From NCBI GenBank assembly GCA_036574205.1, contig JAINCQ010000040.1:1-64000 (forward strand): a stretch of 64,000 bases of DNA. The letters are read 5' to 3'. The translations under genes were made by a program, and so were the position numbers. Below, piece after piece: positions 9,933-20,080 of this stretch (its first letter is position 1; every line of letters begins with the position of its first letter). The stretch is from Elusimicrobiota bacterium. GTDB lineage: Bacteria > Elusimicrobiota > Elusimicrobia > Elusimicrobiales > UBA9959. The notes beneath the pieces are model-generated. The model had not been told where the DNA came from and ran no database searches. It saw nothing but the letters and a program-made list of their open reading frames with translations.

Positions 9933-11319
9933 TATAACTCATATCAGAAAAATTTATTTTATAGGAATAGGCGGTATAGGGATGAGTGGGCTTGCAATAA
10001 TTTCAAAAAGGATGGGATATGAGGTTCTGGGTTCTGATATCTCAGAAAGCTATATAACTAAAAGACTTAAAAATGAAAAAATAAAAGTTTTCTTAGGACA
10101 TAAAGAGGCAAATCTTGAAAAAGACGTTGATCTTGTGGTTATAAGCTCAGCTATAAAAAGCGATAATATAGAGCTAAAAAAAGCTCAAAGAATTAAAATC
10201 CCCATAATCCCCAGAGCCAAATTTCTCTCTCTACTTGCCTCTAAGTCTAAGACAATAGCAGTCTGTGGAACTCACGGCAAAACAACCACTACAAGTATGA
10301 TAACTTCCATATTTGAAGCAAGTAAGGCAAAATACACATCTGTTATTGGCGGGATATCAAAACACATTGATTCAAACATAAAATTTCATAAAGGTCAATA
10401 TTTTATAATAGAGGCTGACGAATCAGATGGAAGTTTCTTATATTACTCCCCCTTTATTATATGTGTAACAAATATAGATAATGATCACCTTGATTTTTAT
10501 AAAAATTTAGAAAATATTAAAAAAATATTTACAACTTTTATAAACAAACTCCCTTTTTATGGTCGCGCTATATTATGCGGAGACGATAAGAATATAAGGG
10601 ATATAATACCCAGTATAAATGCCCCATTTTTTACTTATGGATTTAATCCAGAGAATGACTGGCAAATAAAAAATAAGAGACAAAATATTAATGGAGTGTC
10701 ATTTGAAATATTTCATAAAGGTAAAAGAGAAGCATTAATAAATCTAAGGGTGTTTGGGAATCACAATATCCTCAACGCAACAGCATCATATCTAACAGCA
10801 TTATATATCGGTTTTGATAAAAAAACAATAACAGAGGGATTATTATCTTTTAAGGGAGTAAAAAGACGACTTGATATTATTGGAAAAGTCGGGAAAACTC
10901 TTTTCTATGATGATTATGGTCATCACCCAACGGAAATAAAAAACACCCTTGCTTCTTTAAGAAGTTTTTATCCTGAAAGAAAAATAATAGCAATTTTTCA
11001 ACCACACCGCTATACAAGGACTAAAATGCTTTACAAAGAATTTGGAAAATGTTTTAAAGACGCAGATAATATATATGTAACAAAAATCTATCCTGCTGGA
11101 GAAAAACCAATTAAAGGTATTTCAGAAAAAAATATAATAAAAGAACTTATGAAAAATGGGGAAAAAGTGTTTGAATTCACATCCCCCATTGAGATAGCAA
11201 AAAATATAAAAAATGGAGATATAGTTATATCCATTGGAGCGGGAGATGTTTATAAAATTTTAGACGAGATAAAACTAAAATATGAAAGCATTGTATTAAA
11301 TCTATATGAGAAAATTTAG
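9925..11319 (+). CDS. murC: UDP-N-acetylmuramate--L-alanine ligase
   Basis: GIGGIGMSG, GTHGKTTT, EADESD, DHLD, DDYGHHPTE, FQPHRY. Confidence 0.97.
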   Translation: MSNITHIRKIYFIGIGGIGMSGLAIISKRMGYEVLGSDISESYITKRLKNEKIKVFLGHKEANLEKDVDLVVISSAIKSDNIELKKAQRIKIPIIPRAKFLSLLASKSKTIAVCGTHGKTTTTSMITSIFEASKAKYTSVIGGISKHIDSNIKFHKGQYFIIEADESDGSFLYYSPFIICVTNIDNDHLDFYKNLENIKKIFTTFINKLPFYGRAILCGDDKNIRDIIPSINAPFFTYGFNPENDWQIKNKRQNINGVSFEIFHKGKREALINLRVFGNHNILNATASYLTALYIGFDKKTITEGLLSFKGVKRRLDIIGKVGKTLFYDDYGHHPTEIKNTLASLRSFYPERKIIAIFQPHRYTRTKMLYKEFGKCFKDADNIYVTKIYPAGEKPIKGISEKNIIKELMKNGEKVFEFTSPIEIAKNIKNGDIVISIGAGDVYKILDEIKLKYESIVLNLYEKI

Positions 11320-12067
11320 TCAGGTTTTTTTGAAAAATAGAGCAATAGCAGAAAAAATAGTTAAATGTTTTGAAACTTTAGTTGCCAGTTGCAACAAAAT
11401 AACTGAGATAGGACCTGGTAAAGGCATATTGACAGAGTTTTTATTTAAAAAATATGGTCAAAATTATACTGGAATTGAGATAGATCCAATAATGATTGAT
11501 ATTCTAAAAAGAAAATTTAAAGGGATAAATCTTATAAACTCAGATTTTCTTCAAATTGATCAAAATTTATTGAGCTCATATTTTATTGGAAATCTTCCTT
11601 ATCACATCTCAACAGCAATAATTGAAAGCCTGATATCATTTAATAATTTTAAACTTGGTATTTTTATGTTTCAAAAAGAGGTTGCAAAAAAAATAGTTTC
11701 AAAACCAAAAGAAACAGGATATGGCTATATATCTGCTTTAATAAACCTGCTAGCTCATACAGAATATCTTTTTGAAGTTTCAAGGAAAGAATTTGAACCT
11801 GTCCCCGAAGTAGATTCTGCCGTTATTTTAATAAAAATTAATAACAATCAAATAACACCTGATGAGTTTGAAAATTACAAAAAATTTATCTCAATGGCTT
11901 TTATGCATAAAAGAAAAACTCTTATCAACTCCCTTCATCTTTCATTAAATAAAGATAAAAAAACAATAACGGAAAAATTAATTGCTAAAAAACTCACAGA
12001 AAACACAAGAGCCGAAGAACTTTCTCCATTGCAACTTTATGATATTTCAAAATCTTTTAAATCCTGA
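11306..12067 (+). CDS. rsmA: 16S rRNA m6,2A dimethyltransferase
   Basis: SQVFL, EIGPGKG, EID, GNLPY, FQKEVA, PVPEVDS, RAEELS. Confidence 0.95.
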   Translation: MRKFSQVFLKNRAIAEKIVKCFETLVASCNKITEIGPGKGILTEFLFKKYGQNYTGIEIDPIMIDILKRKFKGINLINSDFLQIDQNLLSSYFIGNLPYHISTAIIESLISFNNFKLGIFMFQKEVAKKIVSKPKETGYGYISALINLLAHTEYLFEVSRKEFEPVPEVDSAVILIKINNNQITPDEFENYKKFISMAFMHKRKTLINSLHLSLNKDKKTITEKLIAKKLTENTRAEELSPLQLYDISKSFKS

Positions 12068-12106
12068 TTGAATTTATTTTATATAATTGAATTTTAGGAG
12101 GAAAGG

Positions 12107-13150
12107 ATGAAAAATATTCACAAAATAAGAACTGAAGAACTTCAGCAAAATCTCAAAAAACAGAACATTGATGCCATTCTAATATCTTCTATAAAAGAAG
12201 CTTTTTTTATAACAGGGTTTCATCAGGATAGAACAGTATTGCTTTTAACAAAAAATGAGTTATTTGCTTTTTTGCCAAAGATGTTTGTTGATCATTTCAA
12301 AAATGAATGTGATTGGGCAAATATAATTGTTTATGAAAATTTATACTCTGATATTCAAAACAAAATAAAAGAGTTAAAATTAAAAAAAGTCATTTTTGAC
12401 GGCTCACTTATATATTTTGAAGAAGGCAAAAAATTACTTGACATGGGGCTTGAAAATAAAACAGGTTTTTTCAAAGAGTTTAGAATGATTAAAAAGCTTG
12501 AAGAATTTGAGAACATAAAAACATCATGTGAAATTGCCGCAAAATCATTTTCTATTATAAAACCTAAGATAAAACCCGGGATAAAAGAAATAGAAGTGGC
12601 AAGGGAACTTGAATATACGATGCAAAAGCTTGGAGCGTCAACGAGATCCTTTGAAACTATAGTTGGATTTGGTTCAAACTCAGCATTGCCACACCATGAA
12701 ACATCTGAAAGAAAACTTAAAAAAAATGAGGTAGTTTTAATTGATTTTGGATGTATATACAAAAGATATTGTTCGGATATGACAAGAACATTCTTTTACG
12801 GCAAAGCCACTGAAGAATTCAGAAAAGTATATTCTATAGTAGAAAAAGCACAAAAGGAAGGGATTAAAGCAGCTAAAGAAGGTATTTTTTCAAATCAGAT
12901 AGATAAAATCTCAAGGGACATTATAAGCGAAAACGGATATGGGCAATATTTTACTCACGGAACAGGACATGGTGTTGGACTTGAAATCCATGAAGAGCCA
13001 TATCTAAATACCAGATCATCAACAAAACTTAGGGAGGGGATGGTCGTTACGGTTGAACCTGGAATATATCTTTACGGCAAATTTGGGGTAAGGATAGAAG
13101 ACACAATATACATAAGAAAAAAAGACTCTCAGGTACTTACAAAAATTTAG
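12107..13150 (+). CDS. Xaa-Pro aminopeptidase (M24B)
   Basis: DFG..Y..YCSDMTRT, HGTGHGVGLEIHE, TVEPGIY, GVRIED. Confidence 0.93.
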   Translation: MKNIHKIRTEELQQNLKKQNIDAILISSIKEAFFITGFHQDRTVLLLTKNELFAFLPKMFVDHFKNECDWANIIVYENLYSDIQNKIKELKLKKVIFDGSLIYFEEGKKLLDMGLENKTGFFKEFRMIKKLEEFENIKTSCEIAAKSFSIIKPKIKPGIKEIEVARELEYTMQKLGASTRSFETIVGFGSNSALPHHETSERKLKKNEVVLIDFGCIYKRYCSDMTRTFFYGKATEEFRKVYSIVEKAQKEGIKAAKEGIFSNQIDKISRDIISENGYGQYFTHGTGHGVGLEIHEEPYLNTRSSTKLREGMVVTVEPGIYLYGKFGVRIEDTIYIRKKDSQVLTKI

Positions 13151-13174
13151 TATAATTCTAAAAGGGAGGAGTTT

Positions 13175-13744
13175 ATGATTATATTAAGCATAATAATAGC
13201 GATTGTGATATTGTGGGTTATTTTTTCATTTAACAAGCTTATAACTTTAAAAAATCAAGTTAAAAATGCTTTTACTCAGATAGACATCCAGCTTAAAAGA
13301 AGACATGATTTAATACCAAATCTTGTTAACGCTGTAAAAGGCGCAATGAAGTTTGAACAGGAAACTCTTGAAAAGGTTATGGAAGCAAGGGCTAAAGCTA
13401 TAAATGCTTTTCAAAGCGGAAATATAAAGGAAGGATTTCAAAACGAAAACATAATAACACAGGCTTTAGGCAAACTTTTTGCTTTAAAGGAAGCCTATCC
13501 AGAACTCAAGTCTAATCAGCAGGTATCCCAGCTTATGGAAGAACTTACAAGCACAGAGAACAAAATATCATTTTCAAGGCAATTTTACAATGATATAACA
13601 ACTAAGTTTAATACGCAAATAGAGCTTTTCCCCACTAATATGATAGCAGGGATTCTTGGTTTTAAACATTTCGAATTATTTGAAATTCCAAAAGATTCTC
13701 AAGAGAGGGAAACTCCTAAAGTAGATTTAAGTTTAACAAAATAA
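13175..13744 (+). CDS. lemA: LemA family protein
   Basis: IDIQLKRRHDLIPNLV, EAYPELKS, ENKISFSRQFYN, FPTN. Confidence 0.95.
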   Translation: MIILSIIIAIVILWVIFSFNKLITLKNQVKNAFTQIDIQLKRRHDLIPNLVNAVKGAMKFEQETLEKVMEARAKAINAFQSGNIKEGFQNENIITQALGKLFALKEAYPELKSNQQVSQLMEELTSTENKISFSRQFYNDITTKFNTQIELFPTNMIAGILGFKHFELFEIPKDSQERETPKVDLSLTK

Positions 13745-13800
13745 TAACTACTTGATATTTTTATAAACTACTGTAATATTTTATCTTTTCTGGGTTTAGT

Positions 13801-14793
13801 ATGAATATATATGAGCAACAACAAAAAAATAAACGGCTTACCTGGGTATTGGTAATAATATTTATACTATTTTTTCTCTTTCTTGGATTTGGCTTTGACT
13901 ATTTTTATTTAAGTTATACAAAAATAAAATATACAGGTGATTCTGAAATTATAGAAAGAAATTTTATTCCTTTTGGAACTATTACAGCTCTTTTAATATC
14001 TATAATTATGGTTATAAATGCTTTTAAAAATGGAATAAAAATGATTATCGCATCCACAGGCGCAAGGCCCGCAAATTTATCTAACTTAAAAGAGAAACAA
14101 TTTTATGATGTAGTAGAGGAGATGGCTATTGCTTGTGGCATTCCACGTCCCCAAGCATTTATAATTTCAGATTCAGATTTAAATGCTTTTGCAACAGGAT
14201 TTACTCCTCAAAATTCATATGTTTTTATAACTGAAGGTTTGCTTGAGCAACTAAACAGGGAAGAGCTTCAAGCTGTAATAGCTCATGAAATAAGCCATAT
14301 AAGATTTTATGATATAAGACTTCTTACAATGATTACGGTTTTAATGAATACAATAGCTATAATATCCGATTTCATAGCACGATCAAACAGAGCTGGATTA
14401 AGGAGTTCTCCATCATCAAGATCTTCAAGAAAAAGCTCTGGAAACGGTATAATATTTTTCATCTGGATAATACTTATAATACTTGCGCCAATAATCTCAA
14501 GGATTTTAGCTATGGCGATATCAAGGCAAAGAGAGTATCTTGCAGACGCAGGAGCTAGTGAGTTAACCAGAAATCCAAAGGCATTAATATCGGCTCTTGA
14601 GAAGATAAGAAAAGCGATTCAACCAACAAAAAGCATAAAAGATTCAATAGCTCATCTTTGTATAGCTGATCCACGAGGAAGCTTAATAGAAGAAAAAACT
14701 GGATTTCTGGCCAATTTATTTGCCACACATCCTCCAATGGAGAAAAGAATCCTTGCCTTAAAATTGATGGCATACGAAGCTTCTAAAACATAA
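13801..14793 (+). CDS. htpX: M48 zinc metalloprotease, HtpX family
   Basis: NAFATG, AVIAHEISH, SRQREYLAD, ATHPP; adjacent to lemA. Confidence 0.92.
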   Translation: MNIYEQQQKNKRLTWVLVIIFILFFLFLGFGFDYFYLSYTKIKYTGDSEIIERNFIPFGTITALLISIIMVINAFKNGIKMIIASTGARPANLSNLKEKQFYDVVEEMAIACGIPRPQAFIISDSDLNAFATGFTPQNSYVFITEGLLEQLNREELQAVIAHEISHIRFYDIRLLTMITVLMNTIAIISDFIARSNRAGLRSSPSSRSSRKSSGNGIIFFIWIILIILAPIISRILAMAISRQREYLADAGASELTRNPKALISALEKIRKAIQPTKSIKDSIAHLCIADPRGSLIEEKTGFLANLFATHPPMEKRILALKLMAYEASKT

Positions 14794-14840
14794 CAATTAC
14801 AAATAAATTTTAACATGATAAAAACACAGTTTTTAACTAC

Positions 14841-15317
14841 TTACACTTCACTCAATTTTTTCAATTTTTTCTTAAACTTATTAACAGCATTAGAAAGATC
14901 ATCTTCATTTTTAACCTCAAATAACTTTGCTTCTATACGATTACCTAATTTTTCTTTCATTTTACCATACAAAAATTCCCACAACTTTATATGAGACTCA
15001 TAATCATTTTCTGAATTCTTTTTAAATATATGCAAAAGAATGATATCTTTAGAGATTTTAGGCTCAGTTTCAGAGGAAGAAAGAATATACCAATATTTAA
15101 CTAAATTTGTCACCCCACCACTAGACTCCACTTCAACTATCACAGAACAGTTCCCTGTTTCAACTCTTAGATCACCAAACTGAAAATATATATTATCTCC
15201 AACTTCAATCCTGTTATTTTTACCTTGTCCTGAAAAAATATCCTTGGTGTACTCTTTTGCAGCTTTCCTAAACTCTTTTATCATTTCTTCTTCTATATTT
15301 CTTCGCTTTCCTGCCAT
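14841..15317 (-). CDS. Hypothetical protein, possible PD-(D/E)xK nuclease fold
   Basis: 158-aa ORF with an SD-like AGGCGG; GDL...IVEVES resembles a D..ExE/K active-site pattern. Confidence 0.55.
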   Translation of the reverse strand: MAGKRRNIEEEMIKEFRKAAKEYTKDIFSGQGKNNRIEVGDNIYFQFGDLRVETGNCSVIVEVESSGGVTNLVKYWYILSSSETEPKISKDIILLHIFKKNSENDYESHIKLWEFLYGKMKEKLGNRIEAKLFEVKNEDDLSNAVNKFKKKLKKLSEV

Positions 15318-15359
15318 TTTTTACCGCCTTTTTATAAAAAATTTTAATACCTTCAAAAA

Positions 15360-17531
15360 TTAGTTATTTTCCTGTTTTCTGGCAAATCTGTAAAGCATAT
15401 AAGCTATGATAAGATATAAAGCAGTTGAAAGAACAGCTTCAAAAAAGGGATTTCCAGATTCAGGGTCTCTTAAAACAAAATATTTATCAATTTTAGCTAC
15501 TGTAAGACCTGCAATTAAAATCCCCATCAAAGCATCTCCTGCAATAAGTCCTGATGAAAAGAGAGATCCATTATCGTTTTCTTCTTTAATATCTTTGTTT
15601 CGTTTCACAATATAAGATACTAAACCTCCAATAACTATCATTGGCCAGTTTGTAATTGGAAGATATAGTCCTATTGAAAAAGCAAGGGCTGATACTCCAA
15701 TTAATTCGCATATCAGTCCTATAGCGCCACCTAAAAGAAGCAAAAGCCAGGGGAGATTTCCACCAGTAGCCCCTTCAACTAATTTTGCCATTAACTGCGC
15801 CTGAGGGGCTTCAAGCGGATTTGGATGCTGGGGAGTTGCTGAACCAAAACCATAAGCCCAGTAAAGCAAAAGCAGTATAAAACCAGATCTTACACTGGAT
15901 ACTAAAAGCCCGGAAATCTGTGCTAGCTCTATTTTCCAGGGAGTTGCGCCTATTAAAGCTGCTGTTTTTAAATCCTGTGATAAATCACCAGAGGTTGATA
16001 TTGCTATACATACCACAGCGCCAGCCATTATCGCACTAATTTTGGCAGTAGCAGGATTATGCCCTAAAAAAACAAAAACAAGAGTCATAAAAAGTAATGC
16101 GGTTATTGTCATCCCGGAAACTGGTTGATTTGTAGTTCCTATAAGTCCAACCATCCTTGCGCTCACTGCAACAAAAAATGCGGAAAATATAACAACTATC
16201 AAGGCTTCTATAAAATTCAAATCAAAAAGAGGCACAAGCCATATTATCAAAAATAATATCAAAACTGTAAAGGCTACTATAGTAAGTGGGACATCCTGTT
16301 CAAATCTTAAAAAATTCTTTGATATCTTTGCTGAGTTAGAGGCAATAATATGGAATACAAAACTAAGAATAATAGCGCCAGCGCCTCCCATAATAAAAAC
16401 TCTTACAATAACACCTATTAGAAGCCTCAAGAAATTACCCCAACCTTCAGGTCCAAGGTGAAGCGGTGATTCTATAGCAAACATTCCTATAAGAGCGCCG
16501 AGTATCCCCGCAGATATTACAATTGATTTATGCTCATAATCTTTTAAAATATTATCCTCTTTGCTATTATCTCCCTTTTTTGACTCAAAAAGAGATTTTA
16601 ATGTATGTTTTATTGAAGATATTATATCAGGCAGAGATTTTATTATGCTTATAAGCCCGCCAAAAGCAACCCCGCCAGCGCCTATGTATTTTACATAATT
16701 TACTCTCAATTGGTCTGTAGTCATCTCAGAAATTGGGATGTTGCCCGGAAAAACTATGTTACTCCCCCCAAAAGCGTTTATTAATGGAATTATAACCCAG
16801 TATCCAAAAGCGCCGCCAGCAAACATAATAAGCGAAATCCTCAAGCCCACCAGATAACCAACCCCAAGAAACAACGGCGATATTTCATATCCAAAACCAG
16901 CTTTATTAAGATTTGGGAAACTCCATACTAAAACGTCTTTTAAAAGTTTCATTGCGCCAGTTAAAAATTTAAAAACACCGCCTACTAAAATTCCAATGAA
17001 AACAGGTTTTGCGCTTTTCCCGCCTTTATCACCGGCAATTAAAACATCAGCGCAGGCTGTCCCTTCGGGAAAGGGAAGATTTTTATGCTCTTTTACTACC
17101 AGAGAATGTCTAAGAGGAATCATAATCATAAGTCCCATAAGCCCGCCAACCGCTCCCAGAATAAACACGGTAGAATTTTTAAACTCGCCGCCTAAAAACA
17201 AAATCGCTGGGACGGTAAAGATTATGGCCGCCGCAGTTGATTCCCCAATAGATGCAAAGGCATGAACTATATTGTTTTCAAGAATAGTAGCATTTCTTTT
17301 GAAAAATTTTGGGAGTATAATTCTTAAAACAGTCATTGAGATTATAGCTGAAGGAATTGATGCTGAAACTGTCATTCCTATTTTGAGTCCTAAATAAGCA
17401 TTTGCAGCATTAAAGATGACAGAAAGAATAAGTCCCAAAATAGCCGCCTGAATTGTAAACTCGGCTATTTTAGCTGACTCTTCAATGTATGGCTTAAACT
17501 CATAACCCGCTTTTTTAAGTTTTTCATCCAT
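15360..17531 (-). CDS. OPT-family oligopeptide transporter
   Basis: NAYLGLKIGMTVSASIP, ILENN, LPFPEGTACA, PVSGMTI, QDLKT, APQA; many TM helices. Confidence 0.93.
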   Translation of the reverse strand: MDEKLKKAGYEFKPYIEESAKIAEFTIQAAILGLILSVIFNAANAYLGLKIGMTVSASIPSAIISMTVLRIILPKFFKRNATILENNIVHAFASIGESTAAAIIFTVPAILFLGGEFKNSTVFILGAVGGLMGLMIMIPLRHSLVVKEHKNLPFPEGTACADVLIAGDKGGKSAKPVFIGILVGGVFKFLTGAMKLLKDVLVWSFPNLNKAGFGYEISPLFLGVGYLVGLRISLIMFAGGAFGYWVIIPLINAFGGSNIVFPGNIPISEMTTDQLRVNYVKYIGAGGVAFGGLISIIKSLPDIISSIKHTLKSLFESKKGDNSKEDNILKDYEHKSIVISAGILGALIGMFAIESPLHLGPEGWGNFLRLLIGVIVRVFIMGGAGAIILSFVFHIIASNSAKISKNFLRFEQDVPLTIVAFTVLILFLIIWLVPLFDLNFIEALIVVIFSAFFVAVSARMVGLIGTTNQPVSGMTITALLFMTLVFVFLGHNPATAKISAIMAGAVVCIAISTSGDLSQDLKTAALIGATPWKIELAQISGLLVSSVRSGFILLLLYWAYGFGSATPQHPNPLEAPQAQLMAKLVEGATGGNLPWLLLLLGGAIGLICELIGVSALAFSIGLYLPITNWPMIVIGGLVSYIVKRNKDIKEENDNGSLFSSGLIAGDALMGILIAGLTVAKIDKYFVLRDPESGNPFFEAVLSTALYLIIAYMLYRFARKQENN

Positions 17532-17724
17532 AAAAACTCCTTATGATTAGCAAATAAGCAATTATTAAATATTATAGATAATTTTAATTAGATTTATTTG
17601 TGTTTTAAAAATTTCGTGACCTGGTTAGTTTTTATATAATATTTTCAGGTCAAACTCTATCTTTTACTAACAAATCTCAATAAATAATGAAAAAAGGAAA
17701 TCTTTTACTTTGTTAAATGATGAA

Positions 17725-19086
17725 TTATCTTTTCCTTAAAAATATTATATTTTCCTTTAACATAGTAGGTAATGCCTCCCCTTTTATATTTGTCGGTGAA
17801 TTTCTATTTGGCATCCTTTTATTTATTATATTTCTATATAAAATTTTTTCCGTTTTAAAACCAATTTCCCTTGATAATTCACTTATTATTAAATCCGTTC
17901 TCAAAAAAACATTTTTTACTGTTCTATTACCTGTTACTAAAACAAAATATTTATTTTTTTTCAGATAATTATAAGCATTTCTAAGAGCATCATATAAATC
18001 CAAATAAAATGATAACACTTCAGCAGCTCTTTTAGAATCTTTCTCTTTTATATTATTATATTGTGTTTTTAATATATGTGAAAAACCTAAAATATCATTT
18101 TCATAAGTTTTCTTTATTTTTCCACCTAAAAGATTTTCATCTATTTTAAAAACCAAATTATCATTTTTTATCCACTGCCAAGATAGTCTAGAAAATTGTC
18201 CATAAGCCACAGTAGTTTTAGAATCACCATAAGGAGGAGAAGTAATTATAAAGTCCACACTATTATCTTCAATATCCTGTTTTTGTTTGGAATCTCCCTG
18301 TATAATCTTAATCTCTGTCTTTGAATCCATTGTTTTATAGTAAAATTCTTCCATAAGCAGAATATTTCTCTGTGAAATACTCTCAAAATACCAAAAAACA
18401 TCTGGATTAAAATCGTCTTTTAATTTATTTTTATCGCGATGCAACTTAAAACCATTATGATTTGTTAAAGATACCCTTCGCACAACATCGCTAAAACAAA
18501 GCAAAAAAAAGTTTTTGATATTATCATCATTTATATTAATAATAATTTCACGTAATTTTGATAAATCCTGAATCTGTTTTTCTTTAAACCAAAATTCGAT
18601 ATTATAAAAACCATACAGCTTTGAACTTTTTAAATTAAAGAACTCATTTTTTATATCAATAAATTTGTTTTTTAAATTATTAGGATTTATCCGTGTAGTT
18701 TTAACTTTAGCTATAAAACAAGCAAAGGGGTTCAACTCAATACCTATTACCTTTTTTCTATTTAAAAGTATACCTTCAATTAATGTTGTTCCGGATCCCA
18801 TAAAATTATCAAGTATTATATTTTTTTCATCTGTAAACACCCTTAACAATTTTCTTACTAATTGAGGTATAAATTTAGCAGGATATTGATGAAAACCATG
18901 TGAATATATATTTGGATTATATCCTTTAAAGTCCCATTCATAATACCATTCTTTAGTATCCTTTGGTTTATGATAATACTTATCTTCATTATTATATAGA
19001 GGAATTGAAGATTCAATTAATTTATATAAATCACGTGATGAATGTGTTTTTTTTTCTTCGTTAATTCCAACTTTACCAATTAACAT
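17725..19086 (-). CDS. Type II DNA methyltransferase, probably N4-cytosine (alpha-class motif order)
   Basis: YPAKF, FMGSGTT (motif I) precedes TSPPY (motif IV); adjacent to an REase gene. Confidence 0.9.
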   Translation of the reverse strand: MLIGKVGINEEKKTHSSRDLYKLIESSIPLYNNEDKYYHKPKDTKEWYYEWDFKGYNPNIYSHGFHQYPAKFIPQLVRKLLRVFTDEKNIILDNFMGSGTTLIEGILLNRKKVIGIELNPFACFIAKVKTTRINPNNLKNKFIDIKNEFFNLKSSKLYGFYNIEFWFKEKQIQDLSKLREIIININDDNIKNFFLLCFSDVVRRVSLTNHNGFKLHRDKNKLKDDFNPDVFWYFESISQRNILLMEEFYYKTMDSKTEIKIIQGDSKQKQDIEDNSVDFIITSPPYGDSKTTVAYGQFSRLSWQWIKNDNLVFKIDENLLGGKIKKTYENDILGFSHILKTQYNNIKEKDSKRAAEVLSFYLDLYDALRNAYNYLKKNKYFVLVTGNRTVKNVFLRTDLIISELSREIGFKTEKILYRNIINKRMPNRNSPTNIKGEALPTMLKENIIFLRKR

Positions 19087-19089
19087 ATT

Positions 19090-19845
19090 TTATCCTAATT
19101 TTTCATTCATAAAATTAATAAGATCAGATAAAGGAGAAGTAAAATCAGAATTTATTTCTTTAGCTATAAAAGCCTTATCAAAAAATTTAAACATACCTCT
19201 ATGTTGAGGATTATTTATTTCGTCATAAAAATTAACAGTTGCAAAACAAATTATTGGCATCTTGAAAACATTATATTTTATATCATACTTCTCTCTAATA
19301 GGGTTTTGAGTAGTTGCTATCTCCATTAACAACTTCCATTTATAGGTTTGCCCAGCTCTTTCTCTTAAAGATGTCTTTAGTGAGAGAATTATACATTTAT
19401 CCACAGTATCATCCTCTTTTTTTGTATATATAATTAAATCAATATCAGGTTTTTGTGTTTCTTCTCCAATTTTTATAGTAGCTATTTTGTCAAAATCTTT
19501 AATTCTTGATTTTTTAGAAGTAATAAAGATATTAGGCTTTATATTGCCCTCTTTTTTATTCATTAAAAATAAATAAACTATACAATTTGAAAAAGCATTT
19601 CCTGCAATTGACTTAAGCGCTTGATTGATATCCCTAATCTTCCCTTCTCTTTTACGGGTTTCTAGAAGTCTTCTAACATCATCTTCACAGCTTACCAATA
19701 TGTCATATATTTTATTTAAAGAACTTATCCAATTGTATTTTTTATTATTAATAAGTTCAGTAAATTTATCAATAATTGGTTTCATATAATAAGTATTTCT
19801 AATTTGCTCTAAGTTACTTACTTCTTCTTTATTTAATTGGTACAT
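19090..19845 (-). CDS. Type II restriction endonuclease, CCGG-core/BsaWI-like family
   Basis: PDIDL...SLKTSLRER (PD..SxK..RER typical of the Cfr10I/Ecl18kI/BsaWI group); 3 nt from the MTase gene. Confidence 0.8.
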   Translation of the reverse strand: MYQLNKEEVSNLEQIRNTYYMKPIIDKFTELINNKKYNWISSLNKIYDILVSCEDDVRRLLETRKREGKIRDINQALKSIAGNAFSNCIVYLFLMNKKEGNIKPNIFITSKKSRIKDFDKIATIKIGEETQKPDIDLIIYTKKEDDTVDKCIILSLKTSLRERAGQTYKWKLLMEIATTQNPIREKYDIKYNVFKMPIICFATVNFYDEINNPQHRGMFKFFDKAFIAKEINSDFTSPLSDLINFMNEKLG

Positions 19846-20080
19846 ATTTTCACCTCATTATCTCATGGAAAGTTTTACTTAATCATCTTCCATCAAAAAT
19901 GCTATTGGAATACTTATATTATTTATTATATAAAATTAAACAAAAATATACTGAGAAAAAATTATAACAAAAACATCCTTTTATAATAAATTTTTTCTTG
20001 ACATGACAAGTGCCTTTTGATCAAAATGCAATAGGACCATTTTAATTGATTTTAATTAATATTTTGAGTATATCTTAATT

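Noticed and set aside
19879..19935. Remnant of an R-M controller (C protein) gene upstream of the REase
   Set aside because: Only a short stop-bounded frame (ISIPIAFLMEDD) with no plausible start or HTH
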